The position numbers were made by a program, and so were the translations under genes. The notes beneath the pieces are model-generated. The model was given only the letters and a program-made list of their open reading frames with translations. It was not told where the DNA came from and did not search any database. Below, one piece after another: positions 41,067 through 54,660 of a stretch of 64,000 bases of DNA. Each line of letters opens with the position of its first letter. Within the stretch, counting starts at the first letter, position 1. The stretch spans positions 38,812,001 through 38,876,000 of the forward strand of contig OX597829.1 of assembly GCA_951406725.2 (NCBI GenBank). The letters run 5' to 3'. Source of the stretch: Octopus vulgaris (Eukaryota).

Positions 41067-41347
41067 TATGAATTTAAACAAATTATAGAAGACTCCCACT
41101 GACTGAAATAAAAACAATCAAAACCAACTATGTTTGCTCACTCATAAAACTATTACAATTATCTGCAAACTAACTGGTTAAAATAAAGGTGAGATCTCTA
41201 CCAGTAATTTCAGTGCACCTGGCAAACCATGACATTTAAGCTGCATGTTTATTGGTCAAACTGTATTTTAAAAAATTCAGCTTTTCAGAGCCTTCTAAAA
41301 CACATAAAAAGAAAGAAGTCAGTCATTTTACTACAGTTATCAAGAAC

Positions 41348-41645
41348 TCATCATCATCATCATTGTTCGACCGTGGTCAAGACAATGGAATTTACTATGT
41401 TACGCCAGACTTCACGGTCCATCATAGCATTACAAGGTCCTGTTGCTGGATGCCTGTATCCCTGGAGATTACATCAGGGTAGGAGAGTGTGCGCCCTCTG
41501 GTATTGCGAGTAGATGGCTTCCAGAGGAGAAGAGTAGAAATTACCTCTTTTTCAGCTCTACAACAATGTTCAGCAAACTGGACTCTTCTACCTTTCACAA
41601 GAGATGACACAAGTGGTAGTTTCCCATATATTTGCATTTTGGTTA
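41348..41645 (-). mobile_element. 3' fragment of a second RTE-like LINE family
   Basis: QIYGKLP.VS..VKGRRVQFAEHC.RA...LLLWKP...RGR..SYPD..RDTG; (GAT)n tail. Confidence 0.8.
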
Positions 41646-42101
41646 ATACATTTTGAAATCTGATAATTACTATGAAGGTAGTATGAAAGCACTAATTGAA
41701 CTTTATGAACATTACAAAATAGTTTTCTAATGTTTAACACACTTCAACATTGTAAAAAAAATTAATTTTTACAGGCAATAATAAAAAAATATGAAAACCA
41801 TACCAGTTTGTAACTTTATTCAACTGATATATTATACTATACACATTTACACAAATTCAGAAAAAGATACATGTACACACACACACACCTCACCACACCG
41901 TACATGATTTTTCCAAATTAGCATGGGTCTGTTTTCTCCATATCACTTCTACTATAGAATAACTGAAGATTTGGAGGACTACTTTTGACTTGAAAGTTTC
42001 ATTCCTAATTTGGTTTCTACAAATTGGTGCCTTTCTCAACACCAATCATTATATGTAGCAGAAACATTTTATTATGTTTTCATATCTTTGGCAAAAATCT
42101 T

Positions 42102-42176
<75 letters not shown>

Positions 42177-42189
42177 GGATTGCAGAATG

Positions 42190-42507
42190 ACCTGCTGTGC
42201 ATGAGGAGACCTATTGAGTCAAGTAAATCAACATCAAATGGAAATTGTAGTTGTGATACCTGTGGCGGTGGCACGTAAAAAGTACCATCCGAACGTGGCC
42301 GATGCCAACTGGCTTCTGTGCCAGTGGCACGAAAAAAGCACCCACTACACTCATGGAGTGGTTGGCGTTAGGAAGGGTATCCAGCTGTAGAAACACTGCC
42401 AAATCAGACTGGAGCCTGGTGCAGCCTCCTGGTTTCCCAGATCCCGGTCGAACCGTCCAACCCGTGCTGGCACGGAAAACGGGCGTTAAACAATGATGAT
42501 GATGATA
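42190..42507 (+). mobile_element. RTE 3'-UTR insertion
   Basis: Same conserved end and GAT tail. Confidence 0.85.
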
Positions 42508-42562
42508 TATTCATAGACAATATATATGTATATTTATATGTAGTTAAGTCTATATCCGGTCA

Positions 42563-42626
42563 TAGAGTGACCAATGGTTTCACATCCACAAAGGGATTAA
42601 CACCATGGGCATCTTGTCAGTCTCTA
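42563..42626 (-). ncRNA. Decayed hammerhead motif
   Basis: UAGAGa-CUGACAA-(imperfect stem II)-GAAA-CCAUUGG-UC-aCUCUA; CUGACAA is one CpG transition away from CUGACGA. Confidence 0.6.
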
Positions 42627-43639
42627 AAGCCAAAGATAAATGTAACCCTTTGCCTCTGGGAGGCAGGAATCCATTGCAGTCTGTTGGTCAGTAAGTCACC
42701 AAAGAATAAATACTCCGGGGTCAGCGAGAACAGGTTATCACCCTTAGACCAGTTCATCTGACTCAAAAGTGGAAGAACAGGAGATTTTAGATTGTAAGGA
42801 CCCTTACTTGTCTAACTGAAGAATGGAGAATCCCATGCTTGCAGCTGGTAACGTTTGAAATGGGTACAGGGTGTGTAAATGGGTGGTTGGTGTGTAAATG
42901 AGTGCAGGTGAGTGCTCAGTGATCCAGATTTCAGGATCACATTTTTTTTTTGGATTTCTTCAATGTCTTGAAATCTTGTTGGAGGTGTTCCACTGAAGAA
43001 TTAGGCTATGGACACATGAGTCATTACCCATTCTGATCATTTTCAAAAAGTTTTTGTCTTTAACCAATACACTGAAAGAGATCTTTAATCAACATACTTT
43101 AATCAACCAATCTTGTTTTTGAGACAACCACACTCTACACACTTTCCTTTCAAGCCCTAGTACCAACAACAGAAGTGAATGAGAGCATTATAATTTAGTG
43201 TGCATATGCAACAGAGTTCAAAGTCAGCCTGTGTCAAGTGGCTTCACTCTGCATACTTAAACTCTATTACCATAGCAACAGTCCCAGTATTTTTTGATTA
43301 GACCTAATATAAATACATACACACACGCACGTGTGTGTGTGCGTGCGTGCGTGCATGTGTGAGTGTCTGTATATGGTAGCTGTCTACTCCTTATGCAGAA
43401 TTTTACCACCTCCTGTACCTACACCTTAGATTCATCATGGCATCTCATGTGGCTCATCATGGCATCTCATGTGGCCTTTCAAACCAGACAATGTTTTGAA
43501 AAGACACCCACATAGATTGCATATCCAATTTGGACCACCAAGATCTGCAGTTAAGTTCTGATCTTTCTGGATCTTAAAATGTCTATTGAGGCCTCCATTA
43601 GATTTGCAGACCTTCTGGCATACATTGCATTTGGTGGAG

Positions 43640-43965
43640 GTTCACTTTCCATGGATTCACAGATGAGTTTTGAGCCCAGCAAAAGAAAGGTATGGTCTGT
43701 CACAAACTGTGCACACAAAAAGGTCATTGTGATTCACCTCAATCGTAACATTCTTTTTTAAATCGCTCTTGAGTCTTGTATGCGTTATCCTGGCCTCTTC
43801 AAATGCTTTCACTCCACTCCACACTTTTGTTTGCCATCCAGCTCAATCTGAAGCAAGTGTTTCTATGTCCTCTGGATTCATTCCAAGTGACATCATGGTA
43901 GACCTTATGGCATCAAACCTTTTTTTAGGTTTACACCAATAGCGTTTCCCCTCTGCAAGCTCACC
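43640..43965 (-). pseudogene. C-terminal remnant of a third RTE (BovB-like) family
   Basis: AEGKR...DAIRSTMMSLGMNPEDIETLASD*AGWQTKVWSGVKAFEEAR...FLCTVCDR. Confidence 0.7.
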
Positions 43966-43974
43966 ATATATATA

Positions 43975-44390
43975 AATTAGAAAAAATCACCTTTTATCAA
44001 TTCAAAATGAACAATTAAATTACACCATCTAGAAAATTACATATAATGGAAATATTAAAATTAAAATAACAATAATATACTGATGATTAAGTAAATTGCA
44101 AAATAATAATAAAAACGTATATAATTGGTAGAATAACGACACGTGTTTCATGGCTATATTTTGCAATTTACTTAATCACTGGTATATTATTGTTATTTTG
44201 ATTTTAATATTTCTATTATATGTAATTTTCTAGATGGAGTAATTTAACTGTTCATTTTGAATTGGTAAAAGGTGGTTTTTTTCTAATTTTTATATATATA
44301 TATTATATTTTGTGAAATTTGATTTAGTATTTCTAAATTGAATTTTTCCCTGTAATTTAGGAATAATATTCCCTCAAATAATTATTATAT
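43975..44390. mobile_element. PLE-type fold-back terminus carrying the 3' half of a hammerhead
   Basis: ~43975-44105 is the inverse of ~44157-44290, followed by a ~100-bp tail; the minus strand at 44149-44132 reads GAAA-CACGUG-UC-GUUAUU. Confidence 0.7.
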
Positions 44391-44922
44391 ATATATATAT
44401 ATATTAACTGTGAGCATGTTTTGCGTGTGTGGTGTGAATGGGTGTATGAATGTGCATATATATGTGTGTGTATATATGTTTGTCTCTTTATCTTGAAATA
44501 ATGCAATGGTTGAAAATGAGCATCAACATCATACAATTAGTATCCTTCCTTGCCAACAGTCATAAAAACATGTCCAGTTAAGAGAGATGATGACAAGAGG
44601 AGCATTTGGGCATAGAAGATCTACCTCAATGAATTCCTATAAATTTCTAAGCGAGCATGGAGAAGCAGAAGTTATAATGATATTATACATAAACATACAT
44701 ACACACATTCATACATACATACACACACACACATACATACATACACATACATACATACATACATACATAATACATACATACATATATAATGCATATATAT
44801 ATAATACATACATACATACATGCATACATACATACATACATACACACATAAATACATACATACATGCATACATGGATATATACATACATAATACATACAT
44901 ATATATATAATACATACATACA

Positions 44923-45330
44923 TGCAGGAGTGGCTGTGTGGTAAGTAGCTTGTTTACCAACCACATGGTTCCAGGTTCAGTCCCACTGCATGGCACCTTG
45001 GGCAAGCGTTTTCTACAATAGCCTCGGGCCGACTAAAGCCTTATGAGTGGATTTGGTAGACAGAAACTGAAAGAAGCCCGTCATATATATGTATATATAT
45101 ATATGCGTGTCTGTGTGTTTGTGTGTCTGTGTTTGTCCCCCTAGCATTGCTTGACAACCAATGCTGGTGTGTTTATGTCCCCAATACTTAGCAGTTCGGC
45201 AAAAGAGACCGATAGAATAAGTACTGAGCTTACAAAAGAATAAGTCCCGGGGTCGAGTTGCTCGATTAAAGGCGGTGCTCCAGCATGGCCACAGTCAAAT
45301 GACTGAAAGAAGTAAAAGAGAGTAAAGAGT
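44923..45330 (+). mobile_element. SINE family A, full length
   Basis: Matches the other family A copies. Confidence 0.9.
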
Positions 45331-46280
45331 ATACATACATATATATAATACATACATACATACATTCATACATACATACATACATTCATACACACACTCA
45401 TACACACATACACACATACATACATACATATGCGAATTCTCATTTGTTGTCTATCATCATAGGTGCATTAGTTTATGTACCAACAAATTTGCACAAAAAC
45501 CTAGAAATACTCAGTTTCACAACCAAAAAAAAAAAAGAGAAAAAGAAACCGACACAGATTCTTCAAATCTAATCTATTAGTGGCACAGTAAAGATCTGTA
45601 AAATATTCCAAAAAATTCTCTGTCTGAGATTCTTATGTGAATAGATACATATGCTTGGGTAAATGCATCGACAGTGCAGTCAACACAATCAACACACCAA
45701 CTCAGTCGCATATTTACAAACACCAGGAATTCTCTCAAGTCAAAAAAAGTCATGTTGCTTTGTTAGTGGCTGGCTTGAACTCTCTCAAGAAGAACTTAGA
45801 TTAAACTCAAAGAAAAATCATACATACATACATACATACATACATACATACACATATATATTTTGTGATGATTAAGAAATCACCATACACACATATATAT
45901 ATATATACAGGTGTGTTATCATTTTCATCATTATAGTTTATCTTTATAGTCAATCAGTTGGATATATCTTCTGCATAGCTTATCACCATTCAGATATGGT
46001 GAATTGAATCAATCTATGTACGATATTAATATTCATTTTATTAATCTTGAATATGGCAGGTGGAAAATAAAACCCACCTGGGCAAAATTTATCTGTGTAA
46101 TGTTAAAAGATATAAATAAATGGTTTTATCGCCTTAATATCTTATCGGCCCTATTACTATGCAAGCTGTTGTGCTTATTATCAAGATGGATAATGTGGAG
46201 ATGTTCTAATGCAACCAGTTGTATAAATATTAGACATATTAAGAGAAATATTAACAGTCATTCAATCAATCAATTAATAA

Positions 46281-46318
<38 letters not shown>

Positions 46319-46514
46319 CTCTCTCTCTCTCTCTATCTAGCTAGATAGCTATCTTTCTTCCTCTCTCTTTCTTGCCTTCTCCCTCTCCTTCTCTCTCCTC
46401 TCTCACCCAACTCTCACCCTCTCACCATTCCTTCTCTCTTCCTCTCTCTCTTTCTTCTTTTCTCTTCTCTCATCTATCATGCTTCTACTTGCATGTGAAA
46501 TTTGTGATTATGCA

Positions 46515-46567
<53 letters not shown>

Positions 46568-46627
46568 TATGTGTGTATATATGTGTGTATATGTATGTTT
46601 CTGTGTGTATATATATATATATATAAA

Positions 46628-46916
46628 ATATTAATTAGAGACAAAACCACTATTTTGCAAATCAAACAAAGAAAGACTTAATCCAATACATAAAAAAAAT
46701 TTAATATAAATTAAATAAAATTATGGTGGCGAATATAATTTTATTTAATTTATATTAAAATTTTTTTATGTATTGGATTAAGTCTTTCTTTGTTTGATTT
46801 GCAAAATAGTGGTTTTGTCTCTAATTAATATTATATAATATTTTACTATAAAATTGGATTCAATCCTAAATCTGATTTTCCCAGTAAATTTGGATTTATT
46901 CCCTAATATCTATTAT

Positions 46917-46920
<4 letters not shown>
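46628..46920. mobile_element. PLE-type fold-back terminus (near-perfect ~97-bp arms, ~10-bp spacer, tail)
   Basis: 46628-46724 is the inverse of 46735-46832; the gtggttttgtctcta motif and tail resemble 44270-44385; flanked by (TA)n on both sides. Confidence 0.7.
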
Positions 46921-46961
<41 letters not shown>

Positions 46962-46967
46962 CACATA

Positions 46968-47380
46968 TCTATATACATAACACTGAGAATGTGTGTCTGT
47001 CTGTCTGTGTGAATCCCTAAAACTTGAGAACTACACAACCAATTTCATTCAAATTTTATACATGCCTTACTTAGGGTCCATGTAGTGTCATGAGCAACTT
47101 TTTGCCTAGTGCAAGCCCACAGTAATATCATATCTTCTCCACTATTTCAGTATTACGTGTCAAAAGTGAAACAAAAACATCTCTCTATTGTAATGTCAGA
47201 TACTTTCACTTTAATACTGAAACTATTATATAACAGGGATGAAGTGTAACTGGACATCCATTATCCATTATGCTAGAAGAAGATCCTCTATGGTCTTATA
47301 TGCTACACCACTGGTATTAAATTCATATTAATCAAATTAATATTGAATTTTTCACCCTTATTATTTTAAATTTAAATTTA
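46968..47380 (+). mobile_element. Helitron-like 5' fragment
   Basis: A|TCTATATACATAA, a (GTCT)n tract and caaccaatttcattcaaatttt; no 3' end seen. Confidence 0.5.
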
Positions 47381-47516
47381 CATGTATATATATATATATA
47401 TATATATGCATGTATATATATGGATGAATATATCTCTATATATATATATACACATATATATATACATGTATATGTATACATGTATATGTATAGATGTATA
47501 TATACATGTATGTGTA

Positions 47517-47550
<34 letters not shown>

Positions 47551-47553
<3 letters not shown>

Positions 47554-47855
47554 TGTGATCACGTGACCGACCAGTCCATCAGATGTAGTTACACATCGCT
47601 GGTCACAATGCGTTCGCATTGTTTTAGCCTTCAAATGACGTCACCCCGCTGCCTGAGCGAGCAGGCCAACAGAAGAAAGAGTGGGAGAAAGAGTGGTGAA
47701 ATAGTACAGCAGGGATCACCACCCTCAGCTGGAGCCTCGTGGAGCTTTTAGGTGTTTTCGCTCAATAAACACTCACAACGCCCGGTTTGGGAATCGAAAC
47801 CGTGATCCTACGACCACGAGTCTGCTGCCCTAACCACTGGGCCATTGCGCCTCCA
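47551..47855 (-). mobile_element. SINE family C (tail type 1)
   Basis: Homologous to 15873 and 57702. Confidence 0.88.
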
Positions 47856-48051
47856 TATATATATATACATATATATACAATTGATTTCTTTCAGTTTCTG
47901 TCTACAAAATCCACCCACAAGGCTTTGGTTTGTCTGAGGCTATAGCAGAAGACACATGCCAAGTTACCACACAGTGGGACTGAACTCAGGACCATATGTT
48001 TTGGAACCAAGTTTGTTACCACACCTGCACCTATGTATGTATGTGTGTGTG

Positions 48052-48085
<34 letters not shown>

Positions 48086-48543
48086 TGTACATGTAATATG
48101 TACACATATATATACACATATATATACATGCATACATATATACACACATACACACATACACACACACACATACACACATACACCCCTCCCCCCACATACA
48201 CACATACATATGTGCAGGTGTGGTAACAAACTTGGTTCCAAAACATATGATCCTGAGTTCAGTCCCACTGTGTGGTAACTTGGCATGTGGGTGGATTTTG
48301 TAGACAGAAACTGAAAGAAATCAATTGTATATATATGTATATATGTAAGTCTATGTGTGTGTGTTTGTGTTTTTCCCTCATGACTGCTTCACAACTGGTG
48401 TTCGTTTATTTACATCCCCATAACTTACTGGTTTCACAAGAAGAAACTGATAGAATAAGTACCAGACTTATCAAAGTAAAAAAAAGCCCTAAGCAGTGTC
48501 TCATATTTTTCTTTGCTTAGTCAGTTGTATCTATCAATTTATC

Positions 48544-48583
<40 letters not shown>

Positions 48584-48593
48584 TGTGTGTGTG

Positions 48594-48633
<40 letters not shown>

Positions 48634-49399
48634 ATTTCGTAGACAGGAACTGAAGCAAATCAATCGTATATATATATATGTATATATGCAAGTGTATGTG
48701 TGTGCCTTTGTCTCTGTGTTTCGGCCTCATCACTGCTTCACAACTACTGTTCATTTATTTACATCCCCATAACTTACTGGTTTCACAAGAACAAACTAAT
48801 AGAATAAGTACCAGGCTTATCAACATAAAAAAAAGCACTAGGCTGTGTCTCATATTTTTGTTTGCCCACTCAGTTGTATCAATGTTGTCATTTTATCTAA
48901 GCAAAGACGAATACAGTTATACTCTTGGAAGCTGTAGGGTTACCCAAGCATCATTTGTAATTCAATGGTACAACAGTGTAACATTTTGCTTTAACATACA
49001 CTTACATTGTGATTTCTTCAATGTGGTGCATAAATTGTCAAGTAAATGAGAGGCATCTTTGCTTCCACTGATTCAGTTGCAAAGTGTTGAGTAAAGTTAT
49101 TTGATTGCAGACCTCCTTTCAGTCTTTATATTATCACTGGGTCACACATAGTCCCCAGATGGTAACATTGATTTCAAGGCCTTCCCAGATGAGTGACTGG
49201 TTATTCAATGACATTTATAGATTGTAAATTTATTCTGTCCAGTTACGTATCAGTATAGTGGTAATTTGCAAACTACAGAGGTGACACTTTCTTTTCTCCT
49301 TAGCCCTCACATCACACAGTTGTTAATGTTTATTTAAGTTGGGTCACGCTCTTCCAATTGCTATAGATGTGAAGCGTTCCTGTTACAATCTGAACAATC

Positions 49400-49442
49400 T
49401 GAACCTGATGAATGCTTAAATGCAAGAAAGTATACTAGTTCA
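49400..49442 (+). ncRNA. Compact canonical type-I hammerhead motif
   Basis: UGAAC-CUGAUGA-aUGC-UUAAAU-GCAa-GAAA-GUAUAC-UA-GUUCA; stem III AGUAUACU is a perfect palindrome. Confidence 0.82.
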
Positions 49443-49561
49443 ATGAGAATAGACATTTAATATTTAATTTTCAATATTTCATTTGTTCAATAAGACAAAC
49501 AATAATATTATAAGAATATAAATAAAACATAAAAATCAGACAGAGTTGGAATTCTTTCGAG

Positions 49562-49596
<35 letters not shown>

Positions 49597-49655
49597 ATGT
49601 ATATGCATATATGTAATACATACATACATAGATACATATATATATATATATATAT

Positions 49656-50860
49656 GAAAAAATAGATAAATAGTTATCAGGGTAGCAAAAAATCTCACAA
49701 GTAAAAAGGTTGTAACTCTTTGTTTTTAAAGTTAGAAACTTCGGATTTATGTGGAATTTTTTGTATAATATATAAATGAATATATGGAGTTTAACGCAGG
49801 TATAAATCAAATACTTTTACTTTCGACACATGTTTCGAAGATTTCACTGATGTTACTCAAAAGAATAAATGGTATAAAACAATGCAATCTTCTCTTCAGG
49901 GAAGTGAAAAAACGAAACTCGTCAATAAGACAATTTAACAGAAAATGATGGATATGTATAGTGATTTACTGAACGCTATTAAGATTGTTTGAGAAAACGT
50001 TATATGATATAACGTCAGAAGTAGCCTATAGAAAGAGGAGGGATATTTTTAGTAAATGTTAAATATAAAAGAAAATTAATGTTTAAATTATATATAATGA
50101 TAGAGATTACTTATATGAACTAAAGGTTTGTTTTTGCCAATGTTTACATCAGTATGCACGCTCTATAACCGTGTTTACTAGGGGATTTTTAGAAAAAGAA
50201 TTAAAAATAGTTCAGAATTACAGAGAAGACAGAATTCCTTGCCTTTGTCATAAGGTATCGAGATTGAGAGAATCAACCATTCTAAATTAAATTGTTCATT
50301 GTGGTCTTTTATATCCCAAATTAATTTACTGAGCCCTGTACTGTTACATTTATTCCTATCCCTAAATGTTGAGTAATGGATAGAAATTCTTTTAGATAAC
50401 TCTAATGACATGCTTCCAACGTAAAATCGTACTTTATTACGAATATTGATTATACACTGTTATATAAAATTTTTAATTTAGAGTTACTTGACATAAACTT
50501 AATTCTGTTGGAATTGACTTCAGATACAATAACCTTGTTATCAATATTTCTAGAGGGATGGATGGTATTAGCTAAATTAATGTTAGTATTAGTAAGTGTA
50601 TTAATATTTAACAGTTTGTTATTATGTGAAGAGATAATTTGTAAGAGATTTTTTGTGTTGGAAAAACCAATCCTAACCATATGTGAATTGATGTTAGAGT
50701 AATACCTAGAATTCTTTGGAAAATTCCTAACAATAGCTTGATGAAATTGCAGTGGGAGATTAGATTTAACTTGTCTCCCGTATGGAACTATGAACCAAAT
50801 ATTTTTACTACTATTTTTTATCTTATTTTTAGTGTAATTATTTTTGAAATAATCCTCCTA
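49656..50860 (-). mobile_element. PLE 3' region: linker, GIY-YIG endonuclease remnant and 3' UTR
   Basis: IWFIVPYG...NFPKN...IGFSNTKNLLQIISSHNNKLL; FYVGS...SKRISIHYSTF...NSTGLSKLIWDIK...W.IL...PY....CLLC..E. Confidence 0.85.
49819..49905 (-). ncRNA. Canonical hammerhead motif in the PLE 3' UTR
   Basis: ACUUcC-CUGAAGA-GAAGAUU...AAUCUUC-GAAA-CAUGUG-UC-GaAAGU. Confidence 0.85.
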
Positions 50861-51034
50861 AGATCAGAAAAGACGTAAGGACAAGTATAACCCATATAAA
50901 AGACACTAAAGCAAAACAGAAAACTCACACAGCAGGAAACCACTAAACTTTAGTAATGCGCAGAGATGTAAATCCTAAAGAAAATCTAGTTTAATTAGTC
51001 CAGGAAATTTCCCTTATCAGCTCACACACAGATA

Positions 51035-51403
51035 TGTGTGAAAAGTCTGGCTGCATCTGAAAAAATATATATTATGAAACAAAAATAAACACAAAATTTA
51101 TTACACGAATCTGTTACCACCACAACAGTCAACTATTTGACGCCGAACATGAGTTTGATGTTGAATACATCCACGAATTTTCCGCTCAGATAGCTCTTCC
51201 CAAGACTGCAAGTATTGCCAGTCTATCTCTGTCACTAATTTGTTCACCTCGCCTGCGAGTCATCTAAAGTTAATAATGATTCTGCTAATTCCACGTGTAA
51301 ACATGTGTTGAATAGAACTCACTGAATAAATCTTAATTAACTGTGTTGTCAATTGTATGCACCTGACATATGCTAATGTGTATGCAGCCAGACTTTTCAC
51401 ACA
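51035..51403. mobile_element. MITE-like element with perfect 22-bp inverted repeats
   Basis: TGTGTGAAAAGTCTGGCTGCAT vs ATGCAGCCAGACTTTTCACACA; true ends and TSD unclear. Confidence 0.6.
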
Positions 51404-51730
51404 GAGGATATGTTTTAACGCTCAGTACTTTGAGAGAGTCATCTCCACTGCATCAAATAGCAGCCTACCAGTGAATTGCCATCCTCTGTGCTATCAGCTT
51501 TAATGCTCCTGTCTCAAGCAAATTGACAGTGCAATATATCACCATTTGCTTTATTATCTCATCTCATCTTACATATATTTCACACAGATTGTATTTTCAC
51601 ATTGAATTCCTATGTCTCACTACAATGTAGCATCAAATTTTTGACATCTGTGATCTCTGTAGCTTCATATCATTTACCAGCTCATCCCAACATAAACAGA
51701 GACAAATGAAATCACTTCAATCTGCTAACT

Positions 51731-52409
51731 CAGTGGTTTCAACCATTTTTTAAAATCTATATCCTTTTATGTGAAGGCGCATGGCTCAGTGGTTAGAGCG
51801 TCGAGCTTACGATCGTGAGGTGGTGAGCTCGAATCCCGGACCGGGCTGCGTGTTGTGTTCTTGAGCAAGGCACTTTATTTCACGTTGCTCCAGTTCACTC
51901 AGCTGTAGAAATGAGTTGCGATGTCACTGGTGCCAAGCTGTATCGACCTTTGTCTTTCCCTTGGATAACACTGGTGGCGTGGAGAGGGGAGACTGGTATG
52001 CATGGGCGACTGCTGGTCTTCCATAAACAACCTTGCCCGGACTTGTGTCTAGGAGGGTAACTTTCTAGGTGCAATCCCATGGTCATTCATGACCGAAGGG
52101 GGTCTTTACCCTTTATCCTTTTGCTTACTATTTTACTCTAGTGGATCCTCATAACCATCTGATGTTTAAAAATTAGCTTTATACATAGTTCTTTCAAAAT
52201 TCTTATCTTGTTTTTGAAACGTGTGTAGGTTGAACTATGTAAAACATTAAAGAAAGAAACTAGTTGTTTCTACCAATAATCAAAATTTTTTCATGGACCT
52301 TTAAATACTACTGTGTACCCAGTTTACTATTTTGCTTACATGGATTCCCCCAAGTCCTACATGGACGCCCCCAGGGTAGGGTCATATGAACGTGGGTTGA
52401 GAACAATTG
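51731..52409. mobile_element. hAT (Charlie-like) MITE containing SINE D (51771-52113)
   Basis: CAGTGGTTTCAACC...GGTTGAGAACAATTG; TSD TGCTAACT / TGCTAACA; same family as 53857. Confidence 0.82.
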
Positions 52410-52582
52410 TGCTAACATGTGCCTGAATTCATGCTCATGAACTTAAATAGTGTTATTTGATGTCAGAGACCTCGTTATCATCTGAAATCATTAAAAACCA
52501 TTTAAACCATTTTGCAATTATCTGTCATTTCTACTCACTTTGCACTGATGTGAACATTTGACATTAAACATCTATATACATA

Positions 52583-52985
52583 GGTGCAGGAGTGGCTGCA
52601 TGGTAAGTAGCTTGCTTACCAACCACATGGTTCAGGGTTCAGTCCCACTGTGTGGCACCTTAGGCAAGTGTCTTCTACTATAGCCTCAGGCCGACCAAAG
52701 CCTTGTGAGTGGATTTGGTAGACAGAAACTGAAAGAGGCCCGTCTTATATATGTATACATATATGTGTGTGTATGTTTGTGTGTCTGTGTTTGTCCCCCT
52801 AGCATTGTTTGACAACTGATGCTGGTGTGTTTATGTCCCCGTTACTTAGCGGTTTGGCAAAAAAGACCAATAGAATAAGTACTAGGCTTACAAAGAATAA
52901 GTCCCAGGGTCAATTTGCTCGACTAAAGGCGGTGCTCCAGCATGGCCACAGTCAAATGACTGAAACAAGTAAAAGAGCGAAGAGT
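52583..52985 (+). mobile_element. SINE family A, full length
   Basis: Matches the other family A copies. Confidence 0.9.
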
Positions 52986-53856
52986 ATACAAGATATGTTA
53001 GCTGCCTTAGTTTACATATTGAAATGCAATTTTAGATAGAAATGAAGATTTAAGTAAATTTACTTAATACTTAGTATACATACCCACAATTTAGTCATAA
53101 AATTAAGAAACTCACAATCATATACACATATAAAATATGATGAGAAGTTAACACTCAATGAATAAGCAAATTTATAATTGCATGTAAGACATAGGAACTG
53201 TATGACAAGAATAATTTCCCAAATGTGCATTGCTGAAAGATGAGGATTGGTTTAAGCAGTAAAAATCTATGTTTCTAACAAGAGAAACAACAAAATCAAT
53301 ATTTAAACAATTATGAGTGAAAATCTAAAACTAGATCATTCTGAGTCATTATAAATAACATAAAGCAATATAAAACAATCTGTGATCATGTTTATGTAAT
53401 TGGTTGCTAAATGAAGAATATATTTCTGATTGGCCTGAAGAAATAGACAGTAGTAGAGATTAAAAGCAGTTAGGAAATTGGTCTTGTAAATTATTCCTTC
53501 CTGCTATTCAATTCTTCAAATGTTTAATAATTACAAAACAATGAATAGTTCTATAATGCCTATTTCACTCCTGAACTGTCTGGAAGAATAATTCTTTCTC
53601 TGGTCTCATAGGCCTGTTACTTGGTTCAAAGTTTCCTTGTTTGATATTTCATAACTCTTTTAACCTTGGACCATAGTCTTGATCAGCTGACAAGCAGTAT
53701 GGCAATAATACAGCGGCAGTAAGTCAGCAGTGGGACAGCAGTGGAGCAACAATAGTGGGGAAGCTGTAGGGCAGCAAAGTACATAACCAAGATGAGTTAC
53801 TTTCTATTTACTGATGCGACCCATCATGTGGAAATCTATTCAAAGTTGTTCTAGAG

Positions 53857-54242
53857 CAGTGTTTCTCAACCATCTTTTTATCTATTGACCCTTTTGATTA
53901 CTATTTTATTCTGGTGGACCCTCATAGCCATTTGATTTTTAAAAGCTGGTTTTATAGATACTTCTTTCAAAATTCCTATTTTGCTTTTTCAAATATCCAT
54001 TTGTGTAGGTTTGCAGTAATACTCTCTAAGAGAACAGGTTTCAGTGACCGGAAGCATGTTAGACTATGTTAAACATTAAAGAAAGGAACCTGTTTCTTGC
54101 AATAAATATATCTAAAGGAAAATTCTTTCATGAATCTTTAAAGTATCACTGTGGATCCCCAATATACTATTTTGCTTGTGTGGATCCCCAAAATCTTATA
54201 TGGACCTTCAGGGGTCACATGGACCCTGGTTGAGAATCACTG
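53857..54242. mobile_element. hAT (Charlie-like) MITE
   Basis: CAGTGTTTCTCAACC...GGTTGAGAATCACTG; perfect 8-bp TSD TTCTAGAG. Confidence 0.92.
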
Positions 54243-54441
54243 TTCTAGAGTGTACCAGCATGTCTTTGACTTTCTTACCAGTCATTGAATTGAGTCATTC
54301 TTTTCCATATACACATCTCATCTGACTGGGTCACTTTGAAATATACATCCACAACTTTCAACTTTTAGTCCTTCTGTAAATAATTAAATGAGTGTAGCTA
54401 AAAGCAAAGATGTCTGCAAATCTGTAAGGATAATTTTAGCT

Positions 54442-54660
54442 AAGGTGGTGAGCTGGCAGAATCGTTAGCACGCTGGGTGAAAAGCTTTGCAGTATTTCGT
54501 CTGCCGCTACGTTCTGGGTTCAAATTCCGCCGAGGTCGACTTTGCCTTTCATCCTTTCGGGGTCGATTAAATAAGTACCAGTTATGCACTGGGGTCGATA
54601 TAATCGACTTAATCCGTTTGTCTGTCCTTGTTTGTCCTCTCTGTGGCTAGTAAAAAAAGA
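54442..54660 (+). mobile_element. SINE family B
   Basis: Matches the 14982 unit. Confidence 0.88.

Larger units (their letters stand above)
40351..41827. mobile_element. DNA-transposon derivative with ~135-bp TIRs, hosting SINE A and an RTE piece
   Basis: TCAGTTGAATAAAGTTACAA... (40351-40484) is an imperfect inverse of 41694-41827; TA flanks; a partial third copy sits at ~40010. Confidence 0.75.

Noticed and set aside
41958-42005. CTGAAGA...GAAAG (also at 28742)
   Set aside because: Helices do not form around the core
51771-51845. tRNA-like sequences here and at 24626, 24883 and 57702
   Set aside because: They are SINE heads continuing into repeat bodies, not tRNA genes
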